Source of the DNA: Alkanindiges illinoisensis DSM 15370
GTDB taxonomy: Bacteria; Pseudomonadota; Gammaproteobacteria; Pseudomonadales; Moraxellaceae
NCBI RefSeq assembly: GCF_000619845.1
Contig: NZ_JHUX01000003.1
Span: 310,064 to 342,063 of the forward strand
Reading direction: 5' to 3'
Length of the DNA: 32,000 nt
Shown here: piece after piece, positions 7,960 to 14,695 of the stretch
Layout: each line of letters starts with the position of its first letter
Position numbering within the stretch: position 1 is the stretch's first letter
Made by a program: the position numbers and the translations under genes
Notes under the pieces: model-generated
The model's input: the letters and a program-made list of their open reading frames with translations, nothing else
Database searches by the model: none
Told to the model about the DNA's origin: nothing

Positions 7960-10035
7960 GTGGCTAATTACACTCCACCGGATGCCCATAATGTAATACT
8001 CAATTTTGATAAACCTTTAACGCCCGTTGATAGCCACAATGTGGTCTTAAATTTTGGTGATGACAGTGAGGGTTTAAGCCTTACATTTACTGCCGAAATT
8101 GCCGCGCCACAGCTTGAAATAGTCGCCATTGCTGAACAGTCTGATGATGTAGCAGCCAGTTTTAGTGCTGAAATTGCCAGCCCGGTTTTAACCATTGAAG
8201 CCACTGCTGCAATTAGCGCTAAAGCACAGATACTGGCAGAAATACCAGCACCAGTGCTAAGCATTGAAGCTGTTGCCGTATCAGTACCGCCGGTAGATGC
8301 TGTATTTTACGCTGAAGTGGCTGCACCGGTTTTAAGTATTACTGCCGACTATGACTTTAATGTCACCCGCTATTTGACTGCTGAATCAGGCATAGCATTT
8401 CAAGCCGCAAATCAGCACACATTATTGGCGAGTGATGGCTACCAGAATGCAGACCTGTATCGTGGCCAGCAGGCTCAACACTGGCAACAGTCGCAGGCAT
8501 TATCGGTTACTGCAAATAGTGATTATCAAAACACAACCCGCCAAACCCATGAGCAGGCGCAAGGCTGGGAAGCAGCAGGCCAGATCAGTGCAACCACAAG
8601 TGACAGCTACAGTACTAATCAGCGTGAGCGCAAAGCAAGCCAGCAGCCATGGCAATCAGCGAGTGAGCTAACACAGACTGCAAGCGACAAATACACCAGC
8701 CACATCCAGCATAAGCCTAGGCTTAATGACAACTGGCAGGCCGCCGAACAGTTATCACTGGCATTTGGATTTGGCTACGATGCAGCCACATGGATCAGGC
8801 TGCTTGACCGCATCGTTTGGGAAAAGTCCCAACATCCAAAAAATGGCCGTAGCATTGATGATGGTGGTGGCATCAAGCCAGAGCCGCCAGACTATGTAGG
8901 TACGACTGACCTTAACTTTATTTGCAAGTTAAAGAATGTTGACCCGCATAACGTCATTTTAAATTTTGGTGCGCATCCGTGTCCCGACCAGATCATACCG
9001 ACAGTACCGGTACAACAGGTTTATTTTATTATGAATGATACAAGCCTTACCCGCGTGAGTGACGGCCAGCCTATTGAGCTGTCTAGTGTGCAAATCGGCA
9101 TTGACCAGAATAGCTGGTGCTGGTCATTTAGCGCCAAGCTGCCCTTTACTGAACTGGACAAAGTTAAGCCTAATAGTGATGGCTTGATTGAGGTTGAGCT
9201 TAATATTAATGGCAACATCTGGCGAATGCTGGTTGAACAATATGACCAAAACCGTGAGTTTGCCAATAGTGATATTTCAATTTCTGGCCGCAGTGTGACC
9301 GCCATGCTGGATGCACCACTGGCCAGCACCCGCAGTTATGTACAAACCAGCGCCACCACATCACGTCAGTTAGCTGATAATGAGCTGGCGCGCGTCAGTA
9401 GTGATTTGGGCTTTAGCCTGGACTGGAATTTAATCGACAGTCTTGGCTGGTCAATGCCTGCCAATGCATGGAGCTATACCAATTTAACGCCAGTCGCTGC
9501 AATCAAGCAGATTGTTGAGGGTGGGGGTGGGTTTTTAAATAGTCACATGAATGACAGGCAATTGCTGGTTAAGCCAGTTTATCCAGTTGCACCATGGCAA
9601 TGGGCCAATACTGATCCCGACCTGATTTTACCCTATGACATTGTGCTGCGTGAAAGTCTGAAATGGGAAGAAAAGCCCATATATAACGCGGTGTATGTGC
9701 AGGGTGAAACGACTGGTGTGCGCGGCTTTGTCAAGCTCACTGGTACAGCAGGCGATTACCAAGCCCCAACGGTGGTTGATGCCATGATTGGGGATGAAGC
9801 AGCAGCCCGGCAGCGTGGCATGACTATCCTTGCGGCTGGCGGCAAGCAGGCCCGTGTATCACTTGATTTGCCAATGCATGAAACCATTGGTGTGATTGAA
9901 CCATCCATGTTGCTCAAAATTACTGGAGATAGTGACTGGTATGGCTTAAGCCGCAGCGTATCGATTAGCTCCAGCATTGCAACAGATGGCAAAATCACGA
10001 CCCGGCAAACCGTGGAACTAGAGAGGCATTACTAA
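7960..10035 (+). CDS. Phage tail hub/host-specificity-like structural protein with repeat-rich N-terminus (691 aa)
   Basis: GTG start 7960 follows AGAGG at ~7947-7951. The N-terminal 270 aa holds three repeat systems (see findings). The C-terminal ~400 aa is globular. Function is inferred from size and position. Confidence 0.55.
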   Translation: MANYTPPDAHNVILNFDKPLTPVDSHNVVLNFGDDSEGLSLTFTAEIAAPQLEIVAIAEQSDDVAASFSAEIASPVLTIEATAAISAKAQILAEIPAPVLSIEAVAVSVPPVDAVFYAEVAAPVLSITADYDFNVTRYLTAESGIAFQAANQHTLLASDGYQNADLYRGQQAQHWQQSQALSVTANSDYQNTTRQTHEQAQGWEAAGQISATTSDSYSTNQRERKASQQPWQSASELTQTASDKYTSHIQHKPRLNDNWQAAEQLSLAFGFGYDAATWIRLLDRIVWEKSQHPKNGRSIDDGGGIKPEPPDYVGTTDLNFICKLKNVDPHNVILNFGAHPCPDQIIPTVPVQQVYFIMNDTSLTRVSDGQPIELSSVQIGIDQNSWCWSFSAKLPFTELDKVKPNSDGLIEVELNINGNIWRMLVEQYDQNREFANSDISISGRSVTAMLDAPLASTRSYVQTSATTSRQLADNELARVSSDLGFSLDWNLIDSLGWSMPANAWSYTNLTPVAAIKQIVEGGGGFLNSHMNDRQLLVKPVYPVAPWQWANTDPDLILPYDIVLRESLKWEEKPIYNAVYVQGETTGVRGFVKLTGTAGDYQAPTVVDAMIGDEAAARQRGMTILAAGGKQARVSLDLPMHETIGVIEPSMLLKITGDSDWYGLSRSVSISSSIATDGKITTRQTVELERHY

Positions 10036-10271
10036 TGGCAATGGGTAATTTTTGGCAACAGTTTAAGGACTTGTTGCCCGATGAGCCGAAGCTGGTTGGC
10101 ACCATTACAGCCAATTACGGTAACAGTATGTATGGCGTTAGTCTGGTGGGTGGTGGTAGTGTGCAAGCCACATCAAACACTGACCGCCTTATTGGCGACA
10201 AGGTGTATATCATAGGCAAAGTCATTGAGGGCAAGGCACCTGACCTGCCTGACGTGGTGATTGAAATCTAA
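10035..10271 (+). CDS. Small phage tail protein (78 aa)
   Basis: TAATG overlap with the upstream gene. Short and beta-rich (…KVYIIGKVIEGKAP…). Confidence 0.45.
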   Translation: MAMGNFWQQFKDLLPDEPKLVGTITANYGNSMYGVSLVGGGSVQATSNTDRLIGDKVYIIGKVIEGKAPDLPDVVIEI

Positions 10272-10284
10272 TTTTTAGCAAATA

Positions 10285-10312
10285 AAAGGCTTCCGATTCG
10301 GGAGCTTTTTTA
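10285..10312 (+). terminator. Rho-independent terminator
   Basis: Stem gcttcc (10289-10294) pairs with gggagc (10300-10305) with one G-U pair. It is flanked by aaaa upstream and tttttt downstream. Confidence 0.6.
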
Positions 10313-10323
10313 TTGGGGGTACT

Positions 10324-10635
10324 ATGCCATTACGTGTAATAAAGGGTGATACCTTTGCTCCTGCATTTCGCCGTTTAAATGGGAAAACTCGTGCGCCGAT
10401 TGACCTCACTGGCAGCACGTTAACTGTTACCGTGCATTCGGCCAACTTTGACTTAAACGTGGTTTTGAGCTGTCAAATCCTGGATCAAGGCATTGCTGAG
10501 AATAAAGGCCGTTATGTGACTGAGCCAGTCGATACCAGCACATGGCCAGTGGGTATACTGACCATGAAGCACACCCGTGAATATGCAAGTGCCAAAGCCA
10601 GCATTATTGGCAGCATTGTGGTGGAGGCAGGCTGA
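10324..10635 (+). CDS. Phage hypothetical protein preceding the tail fiber (103 aa)
   Basis: Starts after the terminator, and its stop overlaps the tail-fiber start (TGATG). Confidence 0.45.
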   Translation: MPLRVIKGDTFAPAFRRLNGKTRAPIDLTGSTLTVTVHSANFDLNVVLSCQILDQGIAENKGRYVTEPVDTSTWPVGILTMKHTREYASAKASIIGSIVVEAG

Positions 10636-12032
10636 TGTCAGATTTTATCGAAATTTATGATACCGAAATCCTGCTCATTGAAGATGAATCGGGCAGTGTG
10701 CTTGAGTATGTGGGCAGTGCCATCATTGTTGGCGGGGCAGTGCAGAAAGTAAATGGGCAGATTGGCGATATTACCCTGACTGCTGCTGACGTCGCTGCTG
10801 ACCCATTTGGTTCTGCTGATGCAGTACGCACCCAGCTACAGTCACAGATTGATGACAAGGCTGACATTGCAACTGTTAATCAGCAAATTAATGCAATCAA
10901 TCAACAACTACCCAACCTTGCCACACAAACTTATGTGTTGACTGCGCTTACTCCCAAAGCCAGTATAGCTTATGTGGACAATGCAGTAGCTGCAAAAGCG
11001 GACGCACTGGCCACATCACAAGCCTTGGCCACAAAAGCCACCACAGTACAGCTTAATGAAGTCAAGGCGCTGGCCGAAATCAACGAGTTGAAGGTGGGTA
11101 CTAAAGCTGAGCAATCCAGTGTTGATAATTTATCAGCCACAGTGGCAGCACAGGGGCAAACCCTGCTGACCAAGGCCGATATTGCGGCCCTAACAGCACT
11201 TGCCCAACTGGTGGACACCAAGGCAGATCAGTCCTATGTTATTAGCGAGATTGCCCGGATCACTGGCAATGCCCCCGCAGCACTGGACACACTGGCCGAA
11301 ATTGCCGAGCAACTGGGCAACGATGAAACCCAGATTAATAATTTGCTCAATCAGCTTGGCAACCGTGTACGGTTTGATGCTGCACAGTCATTGACGACAG
11401 CACAGCAAAATCAGGTATTAAGTAATATTAATGCTGAAAAAGCAGGGACTGCGGCAGCGCTGGTTACTGCTATCACACCCGCAAGTATCGGCGCAGCTAC
11501 ATCGGCACAAGGTGATAAAGCTAACACTGCGATTCAGTCTGCTGATTTAGCACCAGTAGCGCTATCCGGCTCATTCTCTGATTTAGTCAATAAATCAAGT
11601 CTGTTTAATTTGGTCTACTCAGCTTATGCGCTAGGCAGCAATACAGTGATTTTGGCTACTGACACGTTAGGGCAGATGCTGGGCAAACTGCAAAGTCAAA
11701 TCAGTGCTAATGCAACAGCTATCAGCGGCAAAGAGCCTGCTGTCACGGCCGGCACGACTGCACAGTATCAGCGCGGTGATAAGTCATGGCGTGATTTTGC
11801 AACTGATGTGCGTGCAACAGCGCTGACAGGCTTATCAATGGCAAGCGCTACAGCTATCGTTGCGACTGATAGCGTGCTGTCTGCGCTGGGCAAGCTTCAG
11901 GCACAAGTCACAGCAAATAGCACTGCTATCGCTGCCAAGGTTGATGTCGTGCAGCTCACAAAAGCACAGTACGATGCCTTGTCTACCTCTGACAAGAATC
12001 TGGCTACTAAACTATACGTGATAGTGGGGTGA
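10635..12032 (+). CDS. Phage tail fiber protein
   Basis: Several motifs typical of tail fibers are present. These are the N-terminal VQKVNGQIGDITLTAADVAADPFGSA, GNAPAALDTLAEIAEQLGNDE (nt ~11265-11327) and LAPVALSGSFSDLVNK. There are heptad-like KAD/TKA coiled-coil repeats. A duplicated LGKLQ(S/A)Q(I/V)(S/T)AN(A/S)TAI segment and a C-terminal LTKAQYDAL...KLYVIVG also fit. Confidence 0.85.
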   Translation: MSDFIEIYDTEILLIEDESGSVLEYVGSAIIVGGAVQKVNGQIGDITLTAADVAADPFGSADAVRTQLQSQIDDKADIATVNQQINAINQQLPNLATQTYVLTALTPKASIAYVDNAVAAKADALATSQALATKATTVQLNEVKALAEINELKVGTKAEQSSVDNLSATVAAQGQTLLTKADIAALTALAQLVDTKADQSYVISEIARITGNAPAALDTLAEIAEQLGNDETQINNLLNQLGNRVRFDAAQSLTTAQQNQVLSNINAEKAGTAAALVTAITPASIGAATSAQGDKANTAIQSADLAPVALSGSFSDLVNKSSLFNLVYSAYALGSNTVILATDTLGQMLGKLQSQISANATAISGKEPAVTAGTTAQYQRGDKSWRDFATDVRATALTGLSMASATAIVATDSVLSALGKLQAQVTANSTAIAAKVDVVQLTKAQYDALSTSDKNLATKLYVIVG

Positions 12033-12035
12033 TTT

Positions 12036-12647
12036 ATGGTTGCACTAGCGGCAAGTGGTGAGAGAAAGTTTGTGCGTTATAAGCAGCAGGACGTTGATGC
12101 GGTTTATATCAGGGGTAATAAAATATATGGGAAAAACCTGTGGCAGTTCCCAAATAGTGGAAGCGCTTCTAGTGCGGTATATGGGGAATGGGTAACGGAC
12201 TATTTGAGTGCTGATAATCAACATCAAATCCAGCGCTATGTAAAACGTGGTACTCAAAATATTCAGTCACTCAAGCAATGGACAGGGTTATCACCAATTA
12301 ATTTTGTAGACCTCAACAAATCATATTCATTTCAGTGCAAAGTCAAATCATCCCTACAATTTGTAAGGTTATTTGTTTATATCTATGGGCAGACAAATCC
12401 AGTTACGGCATTTAAAGTGGGTGTAAACAACACAACATTTACAGATGTACAGCTCGCGAGCCTAGTGCCAAATGGATCAGCCACTAATACCGCTTATCGA
12501 GGCGTGGTTTTTCTAGGGTGGTATACTAGCGACTTCAATAATATTACGGATACTGCGTACTTTGAAGGCCATACCATTGAAGTCAAGGAAATGAAATTAG
12601 AGGAGGGCGAGCTTAGCCCGTACTCCATTCATTCCAGCCTGCTTTAA
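12036..12647 (+). CDS. Fiber-associated protein (distal receptor-binding or assembly protein), AT-rich cassette
   Basis: Starts 3 nt after the fiber stop. The sequence is beta-sandwich-like and ends ...EVKEMKLEEGELSPYS, resembling lectin/CBM-like fiber tips. It is visibly more AT-rich than the fiber gene: sampled 60-nt lines give about 32% versus 50% GC. Confidence 0.45.
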   Translation: MVALAASGERKFVRYKQQDVDAVYIRGNKIYGKNLWQFPNSGSASSAVYGEWVTDYLSADNQHQIQRYVKRGTQNIQSLKQWTGLSPINFVDLNKSYSFQCKVKSSLQFVRLFVYIYGQTNPVTAFKVGVNNTTFTDVQLASLVPNGSATNTAYRGVVFLGWYTSDFNNITDTAYFEGHTIEVKEMKLEEGELSPYSIHSSLL

Positions 12648-12660
12648 TCAACTCACCACA

Positions 12661-12724
12661 TGAGCCGAATAAACCAAACATTCGGCTCACACCAAGCCCT
12701 GACTAACACTCAGGGCTTTTTTAT
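12661..12724 (+). terminator. Double hairpin / strong rho-independent terminator ending the tail operon
   Basis: Hairpin 1 pairs tgagccgaat (12661-12670) with attcggctca (12680-12689). Hairpin 2 pairs agccctga (12695-12702) with tcagggct (12710-12717) and is followed by tttttatt. Confidence 0.8.
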
Positions 12725-12743
12725 TGGCTGAAAGGGGAAACCG

Positions 12744-13259
12744 ATGCCAGATAGCAACTACTCAACAGAGCCACCCGCTGCGTCTGCCGCGGCATTAGCC
12801 GCAATCAGCGACAAGATTAGCGACATCCGTGAAGAGCAAAAAAAGCTTGCAGAAATACCGGGCATGTTGTCGAAGATGAATATGCAGTTGGAGCAACTCA
12901 CTAAAGACCACCAGCAAACCCGGCAGGATTTGCACGAAACCCGCAATGGATTTCAAACTGAGCTTGAGAAAATCCATAAAGATGTGGACGACCTGAAAAC
13001 CAGCAAAACCCGGATCGATACATTAAGCGACTGGTTTAAATGGGGTGGGCTGGCACTGATTGCCATGATCATTTCAGCATGGGTCAATCTATCAACCAAG
13101 ATGGACGCCACGGCTGCACAGGCTGCAAATAACTCCCAGCGCATTGAAGTAGTTGAGAAAACGCAGGAAGAACGCCGGGGCATTTTAAATGATCTATTAA
13201 AGCGGATTAATGACCTGCAACTTGATTTCTACAAACGGGGCATGAGTGATGAAAAGTGA
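12744..13259 (+). CDS. Bitopic membrane coiled-coil protein at the head of the lysis cassette (171 aa)
   Basis: An AGGGGA Shine-Dalgarno precedes the ATG. There is a single central TM segment (WGGLALIAMIISAWVNL), with charged heptad-rich segments on both sides. It overlaps the next ORF by 14 nt. Confidence 0.5.
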   Translation: MPDSNYSTEPPAASAAALAAISDKISDIREEQKKLAEIPGMLSKMNMQLEQLTKDHQQTRQDLHETRNGFQTELEKIHKDVDDLKTSKTRIDTLSDWFKWGGLALIAMIISAWVNLSTKMDATAAQAANNSQRIEVVEKTQEERRGILNDLLKRINDLQLDFYKRGMSDEK

Positions 13260-13527
13260 ACATACACGCGCATGGCTGGCACTGGTTGTCATTGCCTTGA
13301 TTGCCCTGCTGGTTGCGGGGCTTTTTTTTATCCAGATTCCAGCCGACAACAAGGACTTGGTGAACATTGCACTGGGCTTTATTGCGGGTTATGCAGCGTC
13401 AGTGGTTGGTTATTACTTCGGCGACAGTGATGCCAGCCGGCACAAAACCGAGTTGCTTAACAATCAGGATGTGGCCACAGGCAAGCCCGGTGATCCGGTG
13501 CATATTGAAAATGAGGATAAGCCATGA
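13246..13527 (+). CDS. Putative holin (two TM segments, charged C-terminus)
   Basis: 93 aa with TM1 WLALVVIALIALLVAGLFFI and TM2 IALGFIAGYAASVVGYYF, then an acidic/basic tail. ATGA overlap with the endolysin gene. Confidence 0.55.
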   Translation: MMKSEHTRAWLALVVIALIALLVAGLFFIQIPADNKDLVNIALGFIAGYAASVVGYYFGDSDASRHKTELLNNQDVATGKPGDPVHIENEDKP

Positions 13528-14108
13528 GCAAGGCAGTATTTGACCAACTCCGAACATTAAGCGGTGGTGCGTTATCACAAGAGCAAGTAGATGCCGGCAA
13601 CCGTATCTTAGGCTTTGCCAATGAATCAGTCGTGCTGCAATTTTTGGGGGCAAACAACGTGCAGAAAATGAAAATCAGTCAGTATGGCACTAACCTGATT
13701 AAGCAGTTTGAATCACTGCGCCTGTCAGCTTATGATGATGGTGTCGGGGTATGGACAATTGGATACGGCACTACCAAATACCCCAATGGCCTTAAAGTTA
13801 AGCGGGGCGACAAATGCACGCAGCAGCAAGCTGAGCAGTATTTGCAGCATGATCTGGCTGAATTTGTTGATGCAGTTAACGATGCACTGACCACTACTGT
13901 TAATCAGAACCAGTTTGATGCCATGGTAAGCCTTGCTTATAACATAGGTGTGACTGCATTTAAGAACAGTACGTTGGTTAAGAAAGTAAATACTGGCGAT
14001 AAGCTGGCCGCAGCTAACCAGTTTCTGCTTTGGAATAAGGCAGGCGGTAGGGTGCTGCAAGGACTTGTAAATCGACGCAGTAAAGAACGTGCATTGTTTT
14101 TGTCATAG
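13524..14108 (+). CDS. Endolysin, glycoside hydrolase family 24 (phage lysozyme)
   Basis: LIKQFESLRLSAYDDGVGVWTIGYGTT matches the GH24 catalytic-Glu region, E-x8-D-x5-T plus TIGYG. AYNIGVTAFKNSTL and LQGLVNRRSKERALF match the conserved C-terminal part. About 48 aa of N-terminal extension precede the catalytic domain. Confidence 0.9.
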   Translation: MSKAVFDQLRTLSGGALSQEQVDAGNRILGFANESVVLQFLGANNVQKMKISQYGTNLIKQFESLRLSAYDDGVGVWTIGYGTTKYPNGLKVKRGDKCTQQQAEQYLQHDLAEFVDAVNDALTTTVNQNQFDAMVSLAYNIGVTAFKNSTLVKKVNTGDKLAAANQFLLWNKAGGRVLQGLVNRRSKERALFLS

Positions 14109-14123
14109 CAGGCCGCAAAGATA

Positions 14124-14132
14124 TGCTATAAT
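14124..14132 (+). promoter_or_regulatory. Extended -10 promoter (TGcTATAAT)
   Basis: An exact TGnTATAAT lies 16 nt after the endolysin stop, reading into non-coding DNA that ends at a terminator. Confidence 0.4.
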
Positions 14133-14139
14133 CACTTCG

Positions 14140-14256
14140 CTTTCGGATTTCTTGATCCAGCCGCCTTGTGACTGCCTAGGTATCACTTGGAGATTATGTT
14201 TAAAGTGTTGCTGCACTCTAAACATATAAAGACCGTCCTTATGGGCGGTTTTTATT
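14140..14256 (+). ncRNA. Candidate prophage-encoded small RNA (or 26-codon micro-ORF transcript)
   Basis: About 110 nt lie between the extended -10 element and a hairpin. The hairpin pairs accgtcc (14232-14238) with gggcggt (14243-14249), followed by ttttatt. There is an internal imperfect hairpin, gtttaaagtg...cactctaaac. The only ORF is ATG 14196-14276, whose GGAG sits just 3 nt upstream. Confidence 0.3.
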
Positions 14257-14374
14257 GCCCATCACATGAAACCTGATATACTGTACTTCTTAGCTGCTTA
14301 CATTTCTGGTTCTCCAGTATGTGCCTGTCACGGCGGTTCGAGAATTTGCAAATGGTGTCCAGCCATTCGCTACC

Positions 14375-14422
14375 AAAAGGGCTTTTTATGTATGTCCAGT
14401 ACATAAATCTAAGCCCTTTTTT
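14375..14422. terminator. Bidirectional rho-independent terminator
   Basis: The outer stem pairs aaaagggctt (14375-14384) with aagccctttt (14411-14420). The inner stem pairs ttatgta with tacataa. An A-run on one side and a T-run on the other would let it terminate the minus-strand int operon. Confidence 0.65.
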
Positions 14423-14473
14423 AATGCCTATCAGTTATGCCTATTAGCACTGGAAAGCATTAGCTGAATTGCA

Positions 14474-14695
14474 TTATTGCCAAAACTTCCACCATTTCTT
14501 TTCCTTCCTCACAACAAACTCCACTGCATGACCCGGCTTGCCACAATCCGCACTCACACACTCACCCTTGTGATTGACCTGTATCACACCGCATCCCTCG
14601 CAGAGTTCCATGACAAGATAGCCTGGCTTGCATAGTCCAGCCATGCCATTTTGCATACGATGGTCTTTAGCACACTGTGCGCAGTATTCAGCCAT
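14474..14695 (-). CDS. Cys-rich small protein (putative zinc-ribbon), translationally coupled to the integrase
   Basis: 73 aa with CxxC (C5, C8), C22, CxxC (C32, C35), C46 and C51. Its ATG overlaps the integrase stop (ATGGCTGA, an 8-nt overlap). Confidence 0.6.
   Translation of the reverse strand: MAEYCAQCAKDHRMQNGMAGLCKPGYLVMELCEGCGVIQVNHKGECVSADCGKPGHAVEFVVRKEKKWWKFWQ

Noticed and set aside
10635-12032. Possible diversity-generating retroelement target, suggested by the duplicated LGKLQ...AN.TAI segments in the tail fiber.
   Set aside because: The two copies differ at all base types rather than being adenine-specific. No reverse transcriptase or template repeat is present in the window.
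13708-13890. A 60-aa ORF embedded out of frame in the endolysin gene, considered as a possible o-spanin.
   Set aside because: It has no signal peptide or lipobox (L-x-x-C context), and its composition looks like a frame shadow.
14332-14345. The tRNA-like string ggcggttcgagaat (a GGTTCGA T-loop look-alike) between the lysis genes and int, considered as a possible tRNA or att remnant.
   Set aside because: The flanking bases cannot form a T-stem or acceptor stem, and there is no CCA-proximal complement. I could build no cloverleaf on either strand.
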